From an uncultured delta proteobacterium (lineage in GTDB: Bacteria; Desulfobacterota; Binatia; Binatales; Binataceae): a stretch of 64,000 nt of DNA. Where the stretch lies: contig CAWAMM010000009.1 in NCBI GenBank assembly GCA_963783145.1, forward strand, positions 182,381-246,380. The letters run 5' to 3'. The notes under the pieces are model-generated. The model was not told where the DNA came from. It was given only the letters and a program-made list of their open reading frames with translations, and did no database searches. Of the stretch, positions 45,507-54,954 are shown piece after piece; position 1 is the stretch's first letter; every line of letters starts with the position of its first letter. The translations under genes and the position numbers were made by a program.

Positions 45507-46058
45507 ATGAAACGGACAATTACTACTTTTAGCGCGGCTTTGATTTTGACCGGAGCGATCTCGACGGCGGCTATGGCGCAGTATCCGCCGCCCAACGACG
45601 GCATCACGCGCGGCGAGGTCTCGCGGTTCGATAGCGGCTACCTCGACGAGCATCCCGAGGTCGCCAGTCAATTGGCACACGACCCACGACTGGTCGACAA
45701 ACCGCAGTATCTCGCGACCCATCCCGGGCTCGATAGTTATTTCGCGTCGCATCCGGGAGTGCGCACCGAGCTACAGCAGCATCCCGATCGCTTCATGACC
45801 GATGAATGGAAGCATGAGCGCTGGGAAAACGGGCACGGACCCCATCCGCTCGCGAACACCGATCACTATTTGGATCAGCGTCCGGAAGTTGCACAGCAGC
45901 TAAACAAGGATCCGCGGCTGATCGACAATCGCCAATATGTGGACAATCATCCGGGCCTGCACGAGTTCCTCAATACTCATCCGGATGCGCGCCGGCAATG
46001 GGAATCGCATCCGTACAAATTCATCCATCGCGAGGACCGCTACGATCGGAATCATTAA
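45507..46058 (+). CDS. Secreted His/Pro-rich protein with two ~52-aa internal repeats
   Basis: ATG 45507 follows SD gggagg; the track ORF from 45201 is an upstream extension. Signal peptide MKRTITTFSAALILTGAISTAAMA. Repeats are YLDEHPEVASQLAHDPRLVDKPQYLATHPGLDSYFASHP and YLDQRPEVAQQLNKDPRLIDNRQYVDNHPGLHEFLNTHP. Confidence 0.6.
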   Translation: MKRTITTFSAALILTGAISTAAMAQYPPPNDGITRGEVSRFDSGYLDEHPEVASQLAHDPRLVDKPQYLATHPGLDSYFASHPGVRTELQQHPDRFMTDEWKHERWENGHGPHPLANTDHYLDQRPEVAQQLNKDPRLIDNRQYVDNHPGLHEFLNTHPDARRQWESHPYKFIHREDRYDRNH

Positions 46059-46086
46059 AGGATGCTGTGCGGAGTTGAAGGGGAGC

Positions 46087-46114
46087 GGGGCCGCGGCGAC
46101 GCGGCCCCTTTTTA
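46087..46114 (+). terminator. Rho-independent terminator
   Basis: ggggccgcg (46087-95) pairs with cgcggcccc (46100-08) across the loop gcga, followed by tttttaatt. Confidence 0.8.
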
Positions 46115-46367
46115 ATTCAACTACCGTGCGCCCACGACTCGACATATTCCTGCTGCGATGGCGTCCAGCTATCGTGGCTGCGGCCGCATCTGCTGGCCTG
46201 CTTTTTCCTCCGCGATTCCCCGATCCTGCGCCTAAAGGTAGGCTGCCACTTTTCCGACCTTGGTATCTTGGTGTCTTGTCTCGTTCTTCTCCTCCTCTTT
46301 CTCCTTGTTATCTTCCCGCTGAATTGCGATAGAAGGATCAAACGCCGTTGCAAGGAGGAGGACCCCT

Positions 46368-47534
46368 ATGGCCTCGAACCGTGTCATCTCGGCTGATTCT
46401 CACGCGATGGAACCCGCCGATCTCTGGACCTCGCGCCTCGATGCGAAGCTGCGCGACAAGGCGCCGCATGTCGTCGAAACTTCCAAGGGCTATCTGTTTT
46501 CCGCGCCTGGGGTGCGGCCCTTTCCGGTTGCCGGTGGTTTCGGCATCGGTAAGAGCGGCGACGACCTCAAACAACATCTGAAGAAGGGCTACGAGGCCGC
46601 GCGGCCCTCAGGATGGGATCCCGCCGAGCGCCTCAAAGATCAGGATGTCGATGGCGTCTCAGCGGAGGTCATTTACACCACCCTCGGCATGTCGCTGTTC
46701 GGCCTCGATGATGCCGAATTGCAGCAGGCCTGCTTCCGCGCCTACAACGACTGGGTGAATGAGTACGCGTCGTACAACCGCAAGCGGCTCTATCCGATTG
46801 CGCTGATCTCGTTGGAGGATCCGGAGGCGGGCGCGCGCGAGCTTGAGCGATGTGCGAAGCTCGGTCTGCGGGGCGCGATGATCTGGGGCTCGCCGCCGCG
46901 CGAGAAACCCTATTTCGCGGCGGATTACGATCCCTTCTGGGCGGCGGCGCAGGAACTTGGCATGCCGCTGTCGCTCCACGTCGTGACCGGGAAGAGAGAG
47001 AACACCGCGCGGGCCAAGCCGGGCGGTCCGCCCGATCGTTCGATGCTCGATGCGGGTGACGACTCGCCGCGCGGCGCTGCGCCGTTCCTACTCAACGCGA
47101 TGGGCGCAGTACATTCAGTACAGAAATCGCTCCAACAAATGATCTTCGGTGGAGTGCTCGACCGCTTTCCCGCACTCAAGGTCGTGTCGGCGGAGAACGA
47201 CAGCGGATGGGTCGCGCATTTCATGTATCGGCTCGATCACGTTTACGAAAAATTCGGCGTGATGTGGGACAAGGTCGGTCTCAAGCTGAAGCCGAGCGAA
47301 TACATGCGCCGCAACGTATGGGTCACCTTCCAGGACGACATGATCGGGCCGATGACGTGGCGTTACTTCGGCGCCGACAACTACATGTGGGCGTCGGATT
47401 TTCCGCATGCGGATTCGACCTGGCCCAATTCGCTGAAAGTGATCGCGAAAGACTTCGAAGGAATTCCCGACGACGTGACGCGCAAGATGACTTGCGACAA
47501 CGCCGCGAAGCTTTACCGGATGGATCTGAACTAG
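46368..47534 (+). CDS. Amidohydrolase-2 family (ACMSD-like metal-dependent hydrolase/decarboxylase)
   Basis: 388 aa. The N-terminus VISADSHAMEP and the C-terminal region WASDFPHADSTWP are typical of PF04909-type amidohydrolases. Confidence 0.75.
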   Translation: MASNRVISADSHAMEPADLWTSRLDAKLRDKAPHVVETSKGYLFSAPGVRPFPVAGGFGIGKSGDDLKQHLKKGYEAARPSGWDPAERLKDQDVDGVSAEVIYTTLGMSLFGLDDAELQQACFRAYNDWVNEYASYNRKRLYPIALISLEDPEAGARELERCAKLGLRGAMIWGSPPREKPYFAADYDPFWAAAQELGMPLSLHVVTGKRENTARAKPGGPPDRSMLDAGDDSPRGAAPFLLNAMGAVHSVQKSLQQMIFGGVLDRFPALKVVSAENDSGWVAHFMYRLDHVYEKFGVMWDKVGLKLKPSEYMRRNVWVTFQDDMIGPMTWRYFGADNYMWASDFPHADSTWPNSLKVIAKDFEGIPDDVTRKMTCDNAAKLYRMDLN

Positions 47535-47547
47535 AAGGAAAATCGTT

Positions 47548-49224
47548 ATGGCGTACGACCTGCTGATAAAAAATGGCACCGTGGTCGACGGGACCGGCGC
47601 GCCGCGCGTGCGCGCCGACGTGGCGATCGCGAACGGCAAGATCGAGGAAATCGGAAGCGTCACCGAGCCCGCCAAGCGCACCATCGATGCGTCGGATCTG
47701 ATCGTCGCGCCCGGATTCATCGATCCGCACACTCATTACGATGCGCAGATCTGCTGGGATCCTCTGGTCACCTGCACCAGCTGGCATGGCGTGACTTCCG
47801 TCGTGATGGGCAATTGCGGCGTGGGTATCGCCCCATGCAAGCCCGAAGTGCGTGATGTCGCGGCGTGGGACCTGGTCAACGTCGAGGCGATCCCGTACGA
47901 CGCGCTCAATAAGGGCATCACCTGGGATTGGGAAACCTTTCCGCAGTTCATGGACGCGGCGCAAAAGCGCGGCAGCGGCATCAACCTCGGCTTCATCGCG
48001 CCGCTCACGCCCTTTCGTCATTTTGTGCTGGGCGAAGAATCGATGCAGCGCGAAGCGACGCCCGAGGAGACCGCGAAGATCGCCGGCCTCATCAAAGAGG
48101 CGGTCGCGGCGGGGGCATTCGGATGGTCGACGACGACGTTGCCGCAGCACATCGGGTTTCATGGACGCCCGCTGGCGTGTCGGCTAGCCAGCCGCGACGA
48201 GCTGAAAGCCTACGCGGGTACGCTGCGCGAGCTCGGTAAGGGCGTTATCGAGGTCGCACTGACGCGGCGTGCGGGGCGCGTATCGGAAGAGGAAGAGGAC
48301 TTGCTCGGATTCCTGGTGAACGAGAGCACCCGGCCGGTGACGTGGCTCGGCATGTCGAGCCAGCCGAAGCATCCCGAAGTTAGCGCGGACACGATGCGCC
48401 GCCTCGAGCCTATCATCAGGCGTGGAGGCATTCCGCAGGTGTTGCCCAAACCGTTCGTGGTGCAGATGAATCTGCGCGACCCATTCACCTTCGCGGATAC
48501 AGAATCCTGGAATCCGATTTTCAATCAGCCGGCCGAGAAGCAGAAGGAAATCTATCGCGACAAGGGCTGGCGCAATCGATGGCGCGAGGAGATGAAGAAG
48601 CCGCGCCTGTTCGCCGGCAAGTGGCATCGGGTCGAAGTGCTCGAAGTCACCAATCCCGCGATGAAAGGTCTTGAGCGTAAGACCATCGCGGAAATCGCTG
48701 AGGAGCGCGGCGCCGATCCGCTCGATACCTATATCGACCTCGCGCTCGAGGACGATCTCAACATCCAGTACACGATGGCGCAGTTCGACGAGAGCGGCAT
48801 CGAGCGCCTCATCAAGGATGACCGCACGCTGGTCGGGCTGTCGGATGGCGGCGCGCACGTCAACATGCTGTGCGACGCGGGATATTGCACCTACCTCCTC
48901 GGACACTGGGTGCGCGAAAAGCAGGCGCTCACGCTGGAGCAAGGCGTCAAGCGGCTGACGACGGAGCCGGCGAATTTCTTCGGAATCAAAGATCGCGGGC
49001 GTCTGAAGAAAGGCCTCGCGGCTGATGTGGCTATCTTCGATCCGAACACGGTCGGCTCGGCGCGGCGCGCGCAGATGCGCAATGACCTACCGGGTGGCGG
49101 CAAGCGCCTGGTAATGCCGTCGCAGGGCATCGAGTACACAATCGTCAACGGCCAACTGCTCTACGATCATGGCAAGCATTCGGGCGCGATGCCGGGAACC
49201 GTACTTCGATCGACCAAAAACTAA
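47548..49224 (+). CDS. N-acyl-D-amino-acid deacylase (D-aminoacylase)-like amidohydrolase
   Basis: 558 aa. YDLLIKNGTVVDGTGAPRVRADVAIANGKIEEIG...APGFIDPHTHYD is the classic family N-terminus. Confidence 0.75.
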   Translation: MAYDLLIKNGTVVDGTGAPRVRADVAIANGKIEEIGSVTEPAKRTIDASDLIVAPGFIDPHTHYDAQICWDPLVTCTSWHGVTSVVMGNCGVGIAPCKPEVRDVAAWDLVNVEAIPYDALNKGITWDWETFPQFMDAAQKRGSGINLGFIAPLTPFRHFVLGEESMQREATPEETAKIAGLIKEAVAAGAFGWSTTTLPQHIGFHGRPLACRLASRDELKAYAGTLRELGKGVIEVALTRRAGRVSEEEEDLLGFLVNESTRPVTWLGMSSQPKHPEVSADTMRRLEPIIRRGGIPQVLPKPFVVQMNLRDPFTFADTESWNPIFNQPAEKQKEIYRDKGWRNRWREEMKKPRLFAGKWHRVEVLEVTNPAMKGLERKTIAEIAEERGADPLDTYIDLALEDDLNIQYTMAQFDESGIERLIKDDRTLVGLSDGGAHVNMLCDAGYCTYLLGHWVREKQALTLEQGVKRLTTEPANFFGIKDRGRLKKGLAADVAIFDPNTVGSARRAQMRNDLPGGGKRLVMPSQGIEYTIVNGQLLYDHGKHSGAMPGTVLRSTKN

Positions 49225-49268
49225 GTAATGAACTGACTATCTGACCGGGTAATTGAGGAGTAATCGCG

Positions 49269-50111
49269 ATGGCTGACTTCGGACTATTCATGTTTCCCAC
49301 TGACTATGCGATCCAGCCAGTCGAATTGGCTATGGCGGCGGAGGAGCGCGGCTTTGAATCGATTTTCTTTCCGGAGCACACGCACATTCCGACTTCGCGA
49401 AAGACCCCATTCCCGGGTGGCACTGAACTGCCGAAAGAGTACTCGCATACGCATGATCCGTTCGTCGCGCTTGCTGCGGCTGCGGCTGTTACGAAGAAGC
49501 TGAAGCTCGGCACTGGAGTATGCCTTGTGATCGAACGCGATCCAATCGTGCTCGCGAAGGAAGTCGCATCGCTCGACATGATTTCGGGCGGGCGCGTGCT
49601 GTTCGGAATCGGCGGCGGATGGAACGTCGAGGAGATGGAGAATCACGGCGCCAACTACAAGAAGCGCTGGAAAACGGTGCGCGAGAAGGTGCTCGCGATG
49701 CGCGAGATCTGGACCAAGGAAGCTGCCGAGTTTCACGGTGAGATAGTCAACTTCGACAAGATCTGGTCGTATCCGAAACCGGTGCAGCCGGGCGGCCCGC
49801 CGGTGCTGATGGGCTCGCAATCGCCCAAGACTTTCGAGCGCGTGGCCGACTACTGCGACGGATGGCTGCCGATCAACAATCCTCGCAATGACTGGCCGGC
49901 ACTCATCAAGAAATTACGTGATGCCGAGAAGGCGAAGGGGCGCAAGAAGTTGTCGCTGTCGTTGTTCGGCGCGCCCGCGAAGGAGGACGCGCTGAAGCAA
50001 CTCATCGAACTGGGCTTCGAGCGGCTATTGTTTCCGCTGCCGCCGGCGCCACGCGACACCGTGATGCCGGTGATCGACAACTATGCGAAGGTCATGGCGA
50101 AGATGAAATGA
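49269..50111 (+). CDS. Luciferase-like monooxygenase family, F420-dependent oxidoreductase type
   Basis: 280 aa. FGLFMFPTDYAIQPVELAMAAEERGFESIFFPEHTHIP and GGRVLFGIGGGWNVEEMENHG resemble the Rv2161c-type LLM subgroup from memory. Confidence 0.7.
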   Translation: MADFGLFMFPTDYAIQPVELAMAAEERGFESIFFPEHTHIPTSRKTPFPGGTELPKEYSHTHDPFVALAAAAAVTKKLKLGTGVCLVIERDPIVLAKEVASLDMISGGRVLFGIGGGWNVEEMENHGANYKKRWKTVREKVLAMREIWTKEAAEFHGEIVNFDKIWSYPKPVQPGGPPVLMGSQSPKTFERVADYCDGWLPINNPRNDWPALIKKLRDAEKAKGRKKLSLSLFGAPAKEDALKQLIELGFERLLFPLPPAPRDTVMPVIDNYAKVMAKMK

Positions 50112-50160
50112 CGTCGCGCATTAATGGGGTAAAGAATCCGACTCGGGAAGCATCAAACTG

Positions 50161-51366
50161 ATGACGCTTCCGTTTGAAGGGATTCGGGTGGCGGACTTCG
50201 GATGGATTTTCGCCATCCCACATGCGACCGCATGGCTCGGATCGATGGGAGCGGAAGTGATCCGCGTCGAATCGAGCGTCGCGCCCGACCTGGTGCGTTT
50301 TTTGAGTGGCACCGATGGCACCCCCGGAATCAATCGCAGCGGAATTTTCAATTCGATCAATTTTTCGCGTAAAAGCGTCTCGCTCGATCTCACCAATCCG
50401 AAGGCGCGCGAGATTGCGCATCGCCTGGTCAAGGTCAGCGACATCGCGACGGAAAACTATACCGTCGGTAACATGAAGAAGTTTGGCCTCGACTATGAAA
50501 CCCTGCGCACGATCAGGCCTGACCTCATAATGTTGTCCGGCACGCCACTTGGGCAGACCGGGCCGTATGCGAACACGGTCGGTTTCGGGCCCACCACGCA
50601 GGCTTTCGCGGGGATGTGTCACCTGACGGGATACCCGGGCGATTTTCCCTGCGGTATCGGCGGGACATGGCCGGATTTCGCGGTCGGTACCGCGATGGTG
50701 TTTTTTATTCTCGCGGCGCTGCATCATCGCGATGAGACAGGCGAAGGTCAGTACCTCGATCTCTCGATGGCCGAGACCGTCACTACCATGCTTCCGGAAG
50801 CGATGATGGATTACTTCCTCAATTGGCGCGACAGCGGACCGAGCGGAAACCGCGATACGGGGATGGCGCCGCATGGCGTGTTTCCGGTGAAGGGCGACGA
50901 TCAATGGATTGCCGTCGCGATCGCGAGTGACCAGGAGTTCGAATCGCTGTGCGAAGCCCTCGGAGTTTCCGCGCTCGCAAAGGAATCGCGGTTTGCGAGG
51001 CTGGCCTCGCGCCTCGCGAATGTCGATGAGCTGGAGCGTGAGGTTGCATCGCGCACGCGCGAGTTCGAGCGCGACGCGCTGGTCGCGAAACTTCGCGAGC
51101 GCAACCTCGCCGTCGGTCCAGTCTATGGCCCGCTGGATCTCATGGAGGATCCCGCGCTGCGTGAATCGGGCATGCTGATCGAACTCGATCATCCTGAGAG
51201 CGGCAAGCGCGTCGTGCCGGGATTGCCGGTCACCTTCAGCGCGATCGAGCCCGACTATCAGCCGGCGCCCGCGATCGGCGCGGACTCGGAAGAGGTGCTC
51301 GGTGAGCTGCTCGGATATTCGCGCGACGAGATCGCCCGATTTCGCGACGAAAAAGTCATAATCTGA
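50161..51366 (+). CDS. Family III CoA-transferase (CaiB/BaiF)
   Basis: 401 aa. FEGIRVADFGWIFAIPHATAWLGSMGAEVIRVES and the overall layout are typical. Confidence 0.8.
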   Translation: MTLPFEGIRVADFGWIFAIPHATAWLGSMGAEVIRVESSVAPDLVRFLSGTDGTPGINRSGIFNSINFSRKSVSLDLTNPKAREIAHRLVKVSDIATENYTVGNMKKFGLDYETLRTIRPDLIMLSGTPLGQTGPYANTVGFGPTTQAFAGMCHLTGYPGDFPCGIGGTWPDFAVGTAMVFFILAALHHRDETGEGQYLDLSMAETVTTMLPEAMMDYFLNWRDSGPSGNRDTGMAPHGVFPVKGDDQWIAVAIASDQEFESLCEALGVSALAKESRFARLASRLANVDELEREVASRTREFERDALVAKLRERNLAVGPVYGPLDLMEDPALRESGMLIELDHPESGKRVVPGLPVTFSAIEPDYQPAPAIGADSEEVLGELLGYSRDEIARFRDEKVII

Positions 51367-51373
51367 GGTCCCT

Positions 51374-52312
51374 ATGACAGACGCGCAAGCGATTCCTCAA
51401 AGTGGCGGCGCGCGCCCCGGCGCGTTCGCGATTTGGCTGCAGGCGGTTCGCGCTCCTTCACTCAGTGCAGCGGCGGTTCCGGTGCTCCTCGGCACGGCGG
51501 TCGCGGCACGCGCCGGATATTTCCACGGATTGCGCATGTTGATCGCGCTCATCGGCGCGGTCGCGATCCAGGCCGGCACCAATCTCATCAACGATTACTA
51601 CGACTTCCGTAGCGGCGCGGATTCGCACAACTCGCTCGGCCCCAGCATGGTGATCCAACGCGGGCTGCTGACCCCTGAGCAGGTGTGGCGCGGGGGCATC
51701 GTCGCTTTCGCGATCGGCGCGGCGCTGGGTTTGACGCTGGTCTACTTATGCGGATGGCCGGTTCTAGCGATCGGAATTCCCAGCATTGCGGCAGGGTACT
51801 TTTACACCGCGGCGCCGGTTTCGCTCGCCTACATCGGGCTCGGCGAGCTGACGGTGTTCCTGTTTATGGGACCCGCGATCGTCCTCGGCGCATATTATGT
51901 GATGGCGCTGACGTTTTCATGGAGCGCACTGTGGGCCTCGGTCGCGTTAGGCTTCCTCGTTGCCGGCATCCTGCACGCCAACAACATTCGCGACATCGAG
52001 ACTGACGGTCTCCATGGCAAGCACACGCTCGCGACGATCCTCGGTCGCGAGGGCGCGATCTGGGAATTGATTACCCTCGATGTTCTCGCTTACGCGACCA
52101 CGCTTCTCGCCCTCCTTGCGCACACGCTGCCGTGGACGGCGCTGTTGGTACTGATTACGCTTCCTCGCGCGCGCGATCAGATCCGAATCGTGCGTAGCAC
52201 GACCGACGCGAAGAAGTTGAACCTCGCGCTGTTACGTTCCGTGCAACTGCACATGGAGTTCGGCATCCTGATGATCATCGCATTCGTGGTGGCGGCCATC
52301 CTCAAGTGGTAG
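51374..52312 (+). CDS. menA: 1,4-dihydroxy-2-naphthoate prenyltransferase (UbiA superfamily)
   Basis: 312 aa polytopic protein. The NLINDYYDFRSGAD motif is present, with a second Asp-rich region around NNIRDIETD. Confidence 0.8.
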   Translation: MTDAQAIPQSGGARPGAFAIWLQAVRAPSLSAAAVPVLLGTAVAARAGYFHGLRMLIALIGAVAIQAGTNLINDYYDFRSGADSHNSLGPSMVIQRGLLTPEQVWRGGIVAFAIGAALGLTLVYLCGWPVLAIGIPSIAAGYFYTAAPVSLAYIGLGELTVFLFMGPAIVLGAYYVMALTFSWSALWASVALGFLVAGILHANNIRDIETDGLHGKHTLATILGREGAIWELITLDVLAYATTLLALLAHTLPWTALLVLITLPRARDQIRIVRSTTDAKKLNLALLRSVQLHMEFGILMIIAFVVAAILKW

Positions 52313-52332
52313 CCGCGACCTATGTTTTCGGT

Positions 52333-53028
52333 ATGCGGGAGCAAATTCGCGATCGCCTCACCGAAGTCGAACGTCAAATCGACGACCAGAGCTACCGTCC
52401 CGGCCCTTGGGACAAGCTGCTGAAGGACGCGCGGACGCTGCCGCGCGAGGATCGCTTAGCGCTCAAGGAAGAAATCACCCGCGTCAGCGGCAAGCTGCAT
52501 CGGCGTGACGGCAAGCGGACGCTGACCGTCAGGACTGGGTTGGTGGCTGAGGTCGTGCTGACCGGAGTGGGCGGCGTGCTGATCATTCTCGCGATCCATA
52601 ACCAATCGAACGTGCTCGGCATCATCGCGGCTGCTATCTGGACGATGACGTTCCAGCCGCTGGTGAAGATCGGGGTTGGATATCTGCTCGGCGTCGCCTA
52701 CGAATACGCGTATCTCTACAATGCCGAGCCCCGCTTCAAGATGCGCTTCGGGGACTACCTTGCGGCGCCGCGATGGGCGCGCATCCTGCTGCATCTGTCG
52801 GGCACTATCGGTTCGCCGCTGGGAACCTGGCTGGTGCTCATATGCCTTCCCTCGGATCTACGAATCGCGATCGATGTGTGCTGGGCGATTTTCTGGATTG
52901 TGGTCGTGGTGAATATCGCCGGGTTCATCGTCGCGCTCGCAGGAGTGAAGAAGCTTGGCCCGATGAAAGCTAGTGCGAGTAGTGGCGGCACCGCCGCGCT
53001 GGAACTTCGCGAAGCACTGGAGTTGTGA
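52333..53028 (+). CDS. Hypothetical membrane protein
   Basis: ATG 52333 (MREQIRDRL...) is preferred over GTG 52306, which overlaps menA. It has a soluble charged N-terminus and 4-5 TM helices. I recognise no family. Confidence 0.45.
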   Translation: MREQIRDRLTEVERQIDDQSYRPGPWDKLLKDARTLPREDRLALKEEITRVSGKLHRRDGKRTLTVRTGLVAEVVLTGVGGVLIILAIHNQSNVLGIIAAAIWTMTFQPLVKIGVGYLLGVAYEYAYLYNAEPRFKMRFGDYLAAPRWARILLHLSGTIGSPLGTWLVLICLPSDLRIAIDVCWAIFWIVVVVNIAGFIVALAGVKKLGPMKASASSGGTAALELREALEL

Positions 53029-53046
53029 TTCGCTCTGAGGGTTTCG

Positions 53047-53838
53047 TCAAGACGGCGGAAACACGAGGTGCTGGAAGCGCGGGAGTGAGGTCTCGAACTC
53101 CGCGTGCAATGCTTCGTAAGCCTTCAGGTCATCCACGGTGCGGAAAAATCCGCGGTGCACGTAACCGAAGACCGGCAGCCGGTTCGCCACCATCGGGCCG
53201 AATAGCCCGGTGAACAGCGCCCATGGGGGCGTCTTCGGAATCAACTCAAATATCGCGGGCTTCATCACGATGACTCCAGGATACATGTAGGAGTCGAGCA
53301 ATCCCGGATCGACATCACTTAACTCCGCCGGATAGTCGACGTAAGTGAGCGGGGCGCGGGTCGTGATGAGCCGCATCCGGCGAATTCGCGCGTCGCGATC
53401 GATCTCGATGTGCTCGTGCGCCCGGCCGTCGTTCGGCTTGAGCAGCCCGATTGTGGCAATCGCGCCGCGATCACGATGAAACGCGATCATCGCGGCGAGA
53501 TCCAAATCGAGGATGCTGTCGCTATTGGCGAGGATGAAAGTCTCGTCGCCGAAAAACCCGCGCAACGCGTTGAGCGGACCGCCGGTGCCCATCAGCGTCG
53601 GCTCGGGCGAGTAGGTGATCTCCATCCCGAGCGCCCTGCCGTCGCGCAGCCCGCGCTGAATTTCGCCCGCCAAATGATGGACGTTGATGGCGACCTGGGT
53701 GATTCCGGCGCGCTTGAGCATCGCGAGCGGGTAGTGAATCAAGGGCCGCCCGCCGACCTCGAGCATCGGTTTGGGAGTTTTCTCGGTGAGCGGGCGAGCG
53801 CGCTCACCCAAGCCCGCGGCCAACACCAGCGCCTTCAT
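53047..53838 (-). CDS. Sugar-1-phosphate nucleotidyltransferase, MurU-like
   Basis: Start at ATG 53838 (MKALVLAAGLGERARPLTEKTPKPML, the G-x-G-x-R NTP-transferase motif). It lies immediately downstream of an AmgK-like kinase gene, the same order as the Pseudomonas amgK-murU pair. Confidence 0.6.
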   Translation of the reverse strand: MKALVLAAGLGERARPLTEKTPKPMLEVGGRPLIHYPLAMLKRAGITQVAINVHHLAGEIQRGLRDGRALGMEITYSPEPTLMGTGGPLNALRGFFGDETFILANSDSILDLDLAAMIAFHRDRGAIATIGLLKPNDGRAHEHIEIDRDARIRRMRLITTRAPLTYVDYPAELSDVDPGLLDSYMYPGVIVMKPAIFELIPKTPPWALFTGLFGPMVANRLPVFGYVHRGFFRTVDDLKAYEALHAEFETSLPRFQHLVFPPS

Positions 53839-53860
53839 CGATGAAACCTTTCTTGTGGCA

Positions 53861-54922
53861 TCACGCGCCAAGAGCCACTCGCAGATTCGGAAAATCTGAT
53901 CTGAGGCGCGCGAGCATCCGGCGTGCCTGCGCAAGCGCATGCGGAGTGTACGCGGCGTATTCGGGTTTGCCTTCGCGTTCGAGGGACACGAACAGTCCAA
54001 TGCATTTGAGCGCGTGCTGCAAAACACACCTCGAGTAGCTTTCCAGGAAATCGTCGCGGCTCATCGTCGCGACGCCGCGCCGGATCAGTCCCGCGAAATA
54101 AAAATCTAGCAGCCGCTTTTCCATCGCAATAGAGATTAGGTCGCCGGTATTGCGAGTCGTGAGCAGGACCGCGAGGTCCTGAGCTGCGGGCGCCATCAGC
54201 GCATCCTGAAAATCGATAATGCGCATTCTCGGCGCTTCAATCGTGCCGTGAAGAAAAATGTTGTTGCCATGGTAATCGCGATGAGAAAACACGCGCGGAA
54301 GTTTTCCCAACTCGCGCGCAAGTTTCGTGAGGTCGGGCTCAATAGTATGCGGATCGACGCCGGGCGCGACTGCGGTAAGGCCCCGCTCGATGAAGCGCGG
54401 CATTTCCCACGCAAACAAGCGCTCGTCGTATGCGATCTGAAATGCGAGGCACTCGCGATTAACGCTCGCGGTGCCGTCAATGTGGAATCGCATCAACTCG
54501 CGAACCGCCTCGCGATAGAGATCGGCGGCTTTGCCTCGATTCGAGCGCGCGGCCTCGAATAGCGAGAGCGAGCCGACATCCTCCACCATCAAGAGGCGAT
54601 CGCTCGCCGACCATCGATAGAGAGCTGGAATCGGCGCGCCGAGGGTGGTGAGGAATCGATGGAGGTTGATCCACGGTGGTTCCGCGAGCGGCCTCGGATA
54701 CATTTTGAGCGCGCGCGCATAGAGCGGAAGGTCTTCGGGACCGAGATCGATCACGACGGCGCTCGACGGAGCCACTGAAGATCCGTCCATGGCGACGCGC
54801 CAGAACCGCCGCGAGGAAACATCGCCCTTAATCGCGACCAGCGCCGTACCGTGAGCGTCGCGCCATTTCTCTTCGATAGCTTGATAGGCCCAGTTTGCGA
54901 TGCGTCGGTCGTCGGCTTCCAT
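53861..54922 (-). CDS. Aminoglycoside-phosphotransferase-fold kinase, AmgK (anomeric MurNAc/GlcNAc kinase)-like
   Basis: The catalytic loop SHRDYHGNNIF and metal-binding IIDFQDALMAP are present. ATG 54922 (MEADDRR) is preferred because the longer ORF start (54973) would run into the upstream terminator hairpin (54966-54992). Confidence 0.55.
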   Translation of the reverse strand: MEADDRRIANWAYQAIEEKWRDAHGTALVAIKGDVSSRRFWRVAMDGSSVAPSSAVVIDLGPEDLPLYARALKMYPRPLAEPPWINLHRFLTTLGAPIPALYRWSASDRLLMVEDVGSLSLFEAARSNRGKAADLYREAVRELMRFHIDGTASVNRECLAFQIAYDERLFAWEMPRFIERGLTAVAPGVDPHTIEPDLTKLARELGKLPRVFSHRDYHGNNIFLHGTIEAPRMRIIDFQDALMAPAAQDLAVLLTTRNTGDLISIAMEKRLLDFYFAGLIRRGVATMSRDDFLESYSRCVLQHALKCIGLFVSLEREGKPEYAAYTPHALAQARRMLARLRSDFPNLRVALGA

Positions 54923-54954
54923 CCGCCTCGAATTGTATGCACCGGCGAGTCCGC

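Noticed and set aside
46117-46353. 78-aa minus-strand ORF rich in Arg/Lys/Gln
   Set aside because: It is the purine-rich complement of the pyrimidine tract. It is a low-complexity product with no start context.
50092-51192. 366-aa minus-strand ORF antisense to the CoA-transferase at 50161-51366. The same pattern appears at 32044-33057, 34566-35453, 36692-37393, 47323-48162, 48184-48942, 57095-58006 and 62235-63251.
   Set aside because: All are long antisense or alternate-frame ORFs inside genes with strong family signatures. Their composition is Arg/His/Asp-biased, as expected for GC-rich antisense reading.
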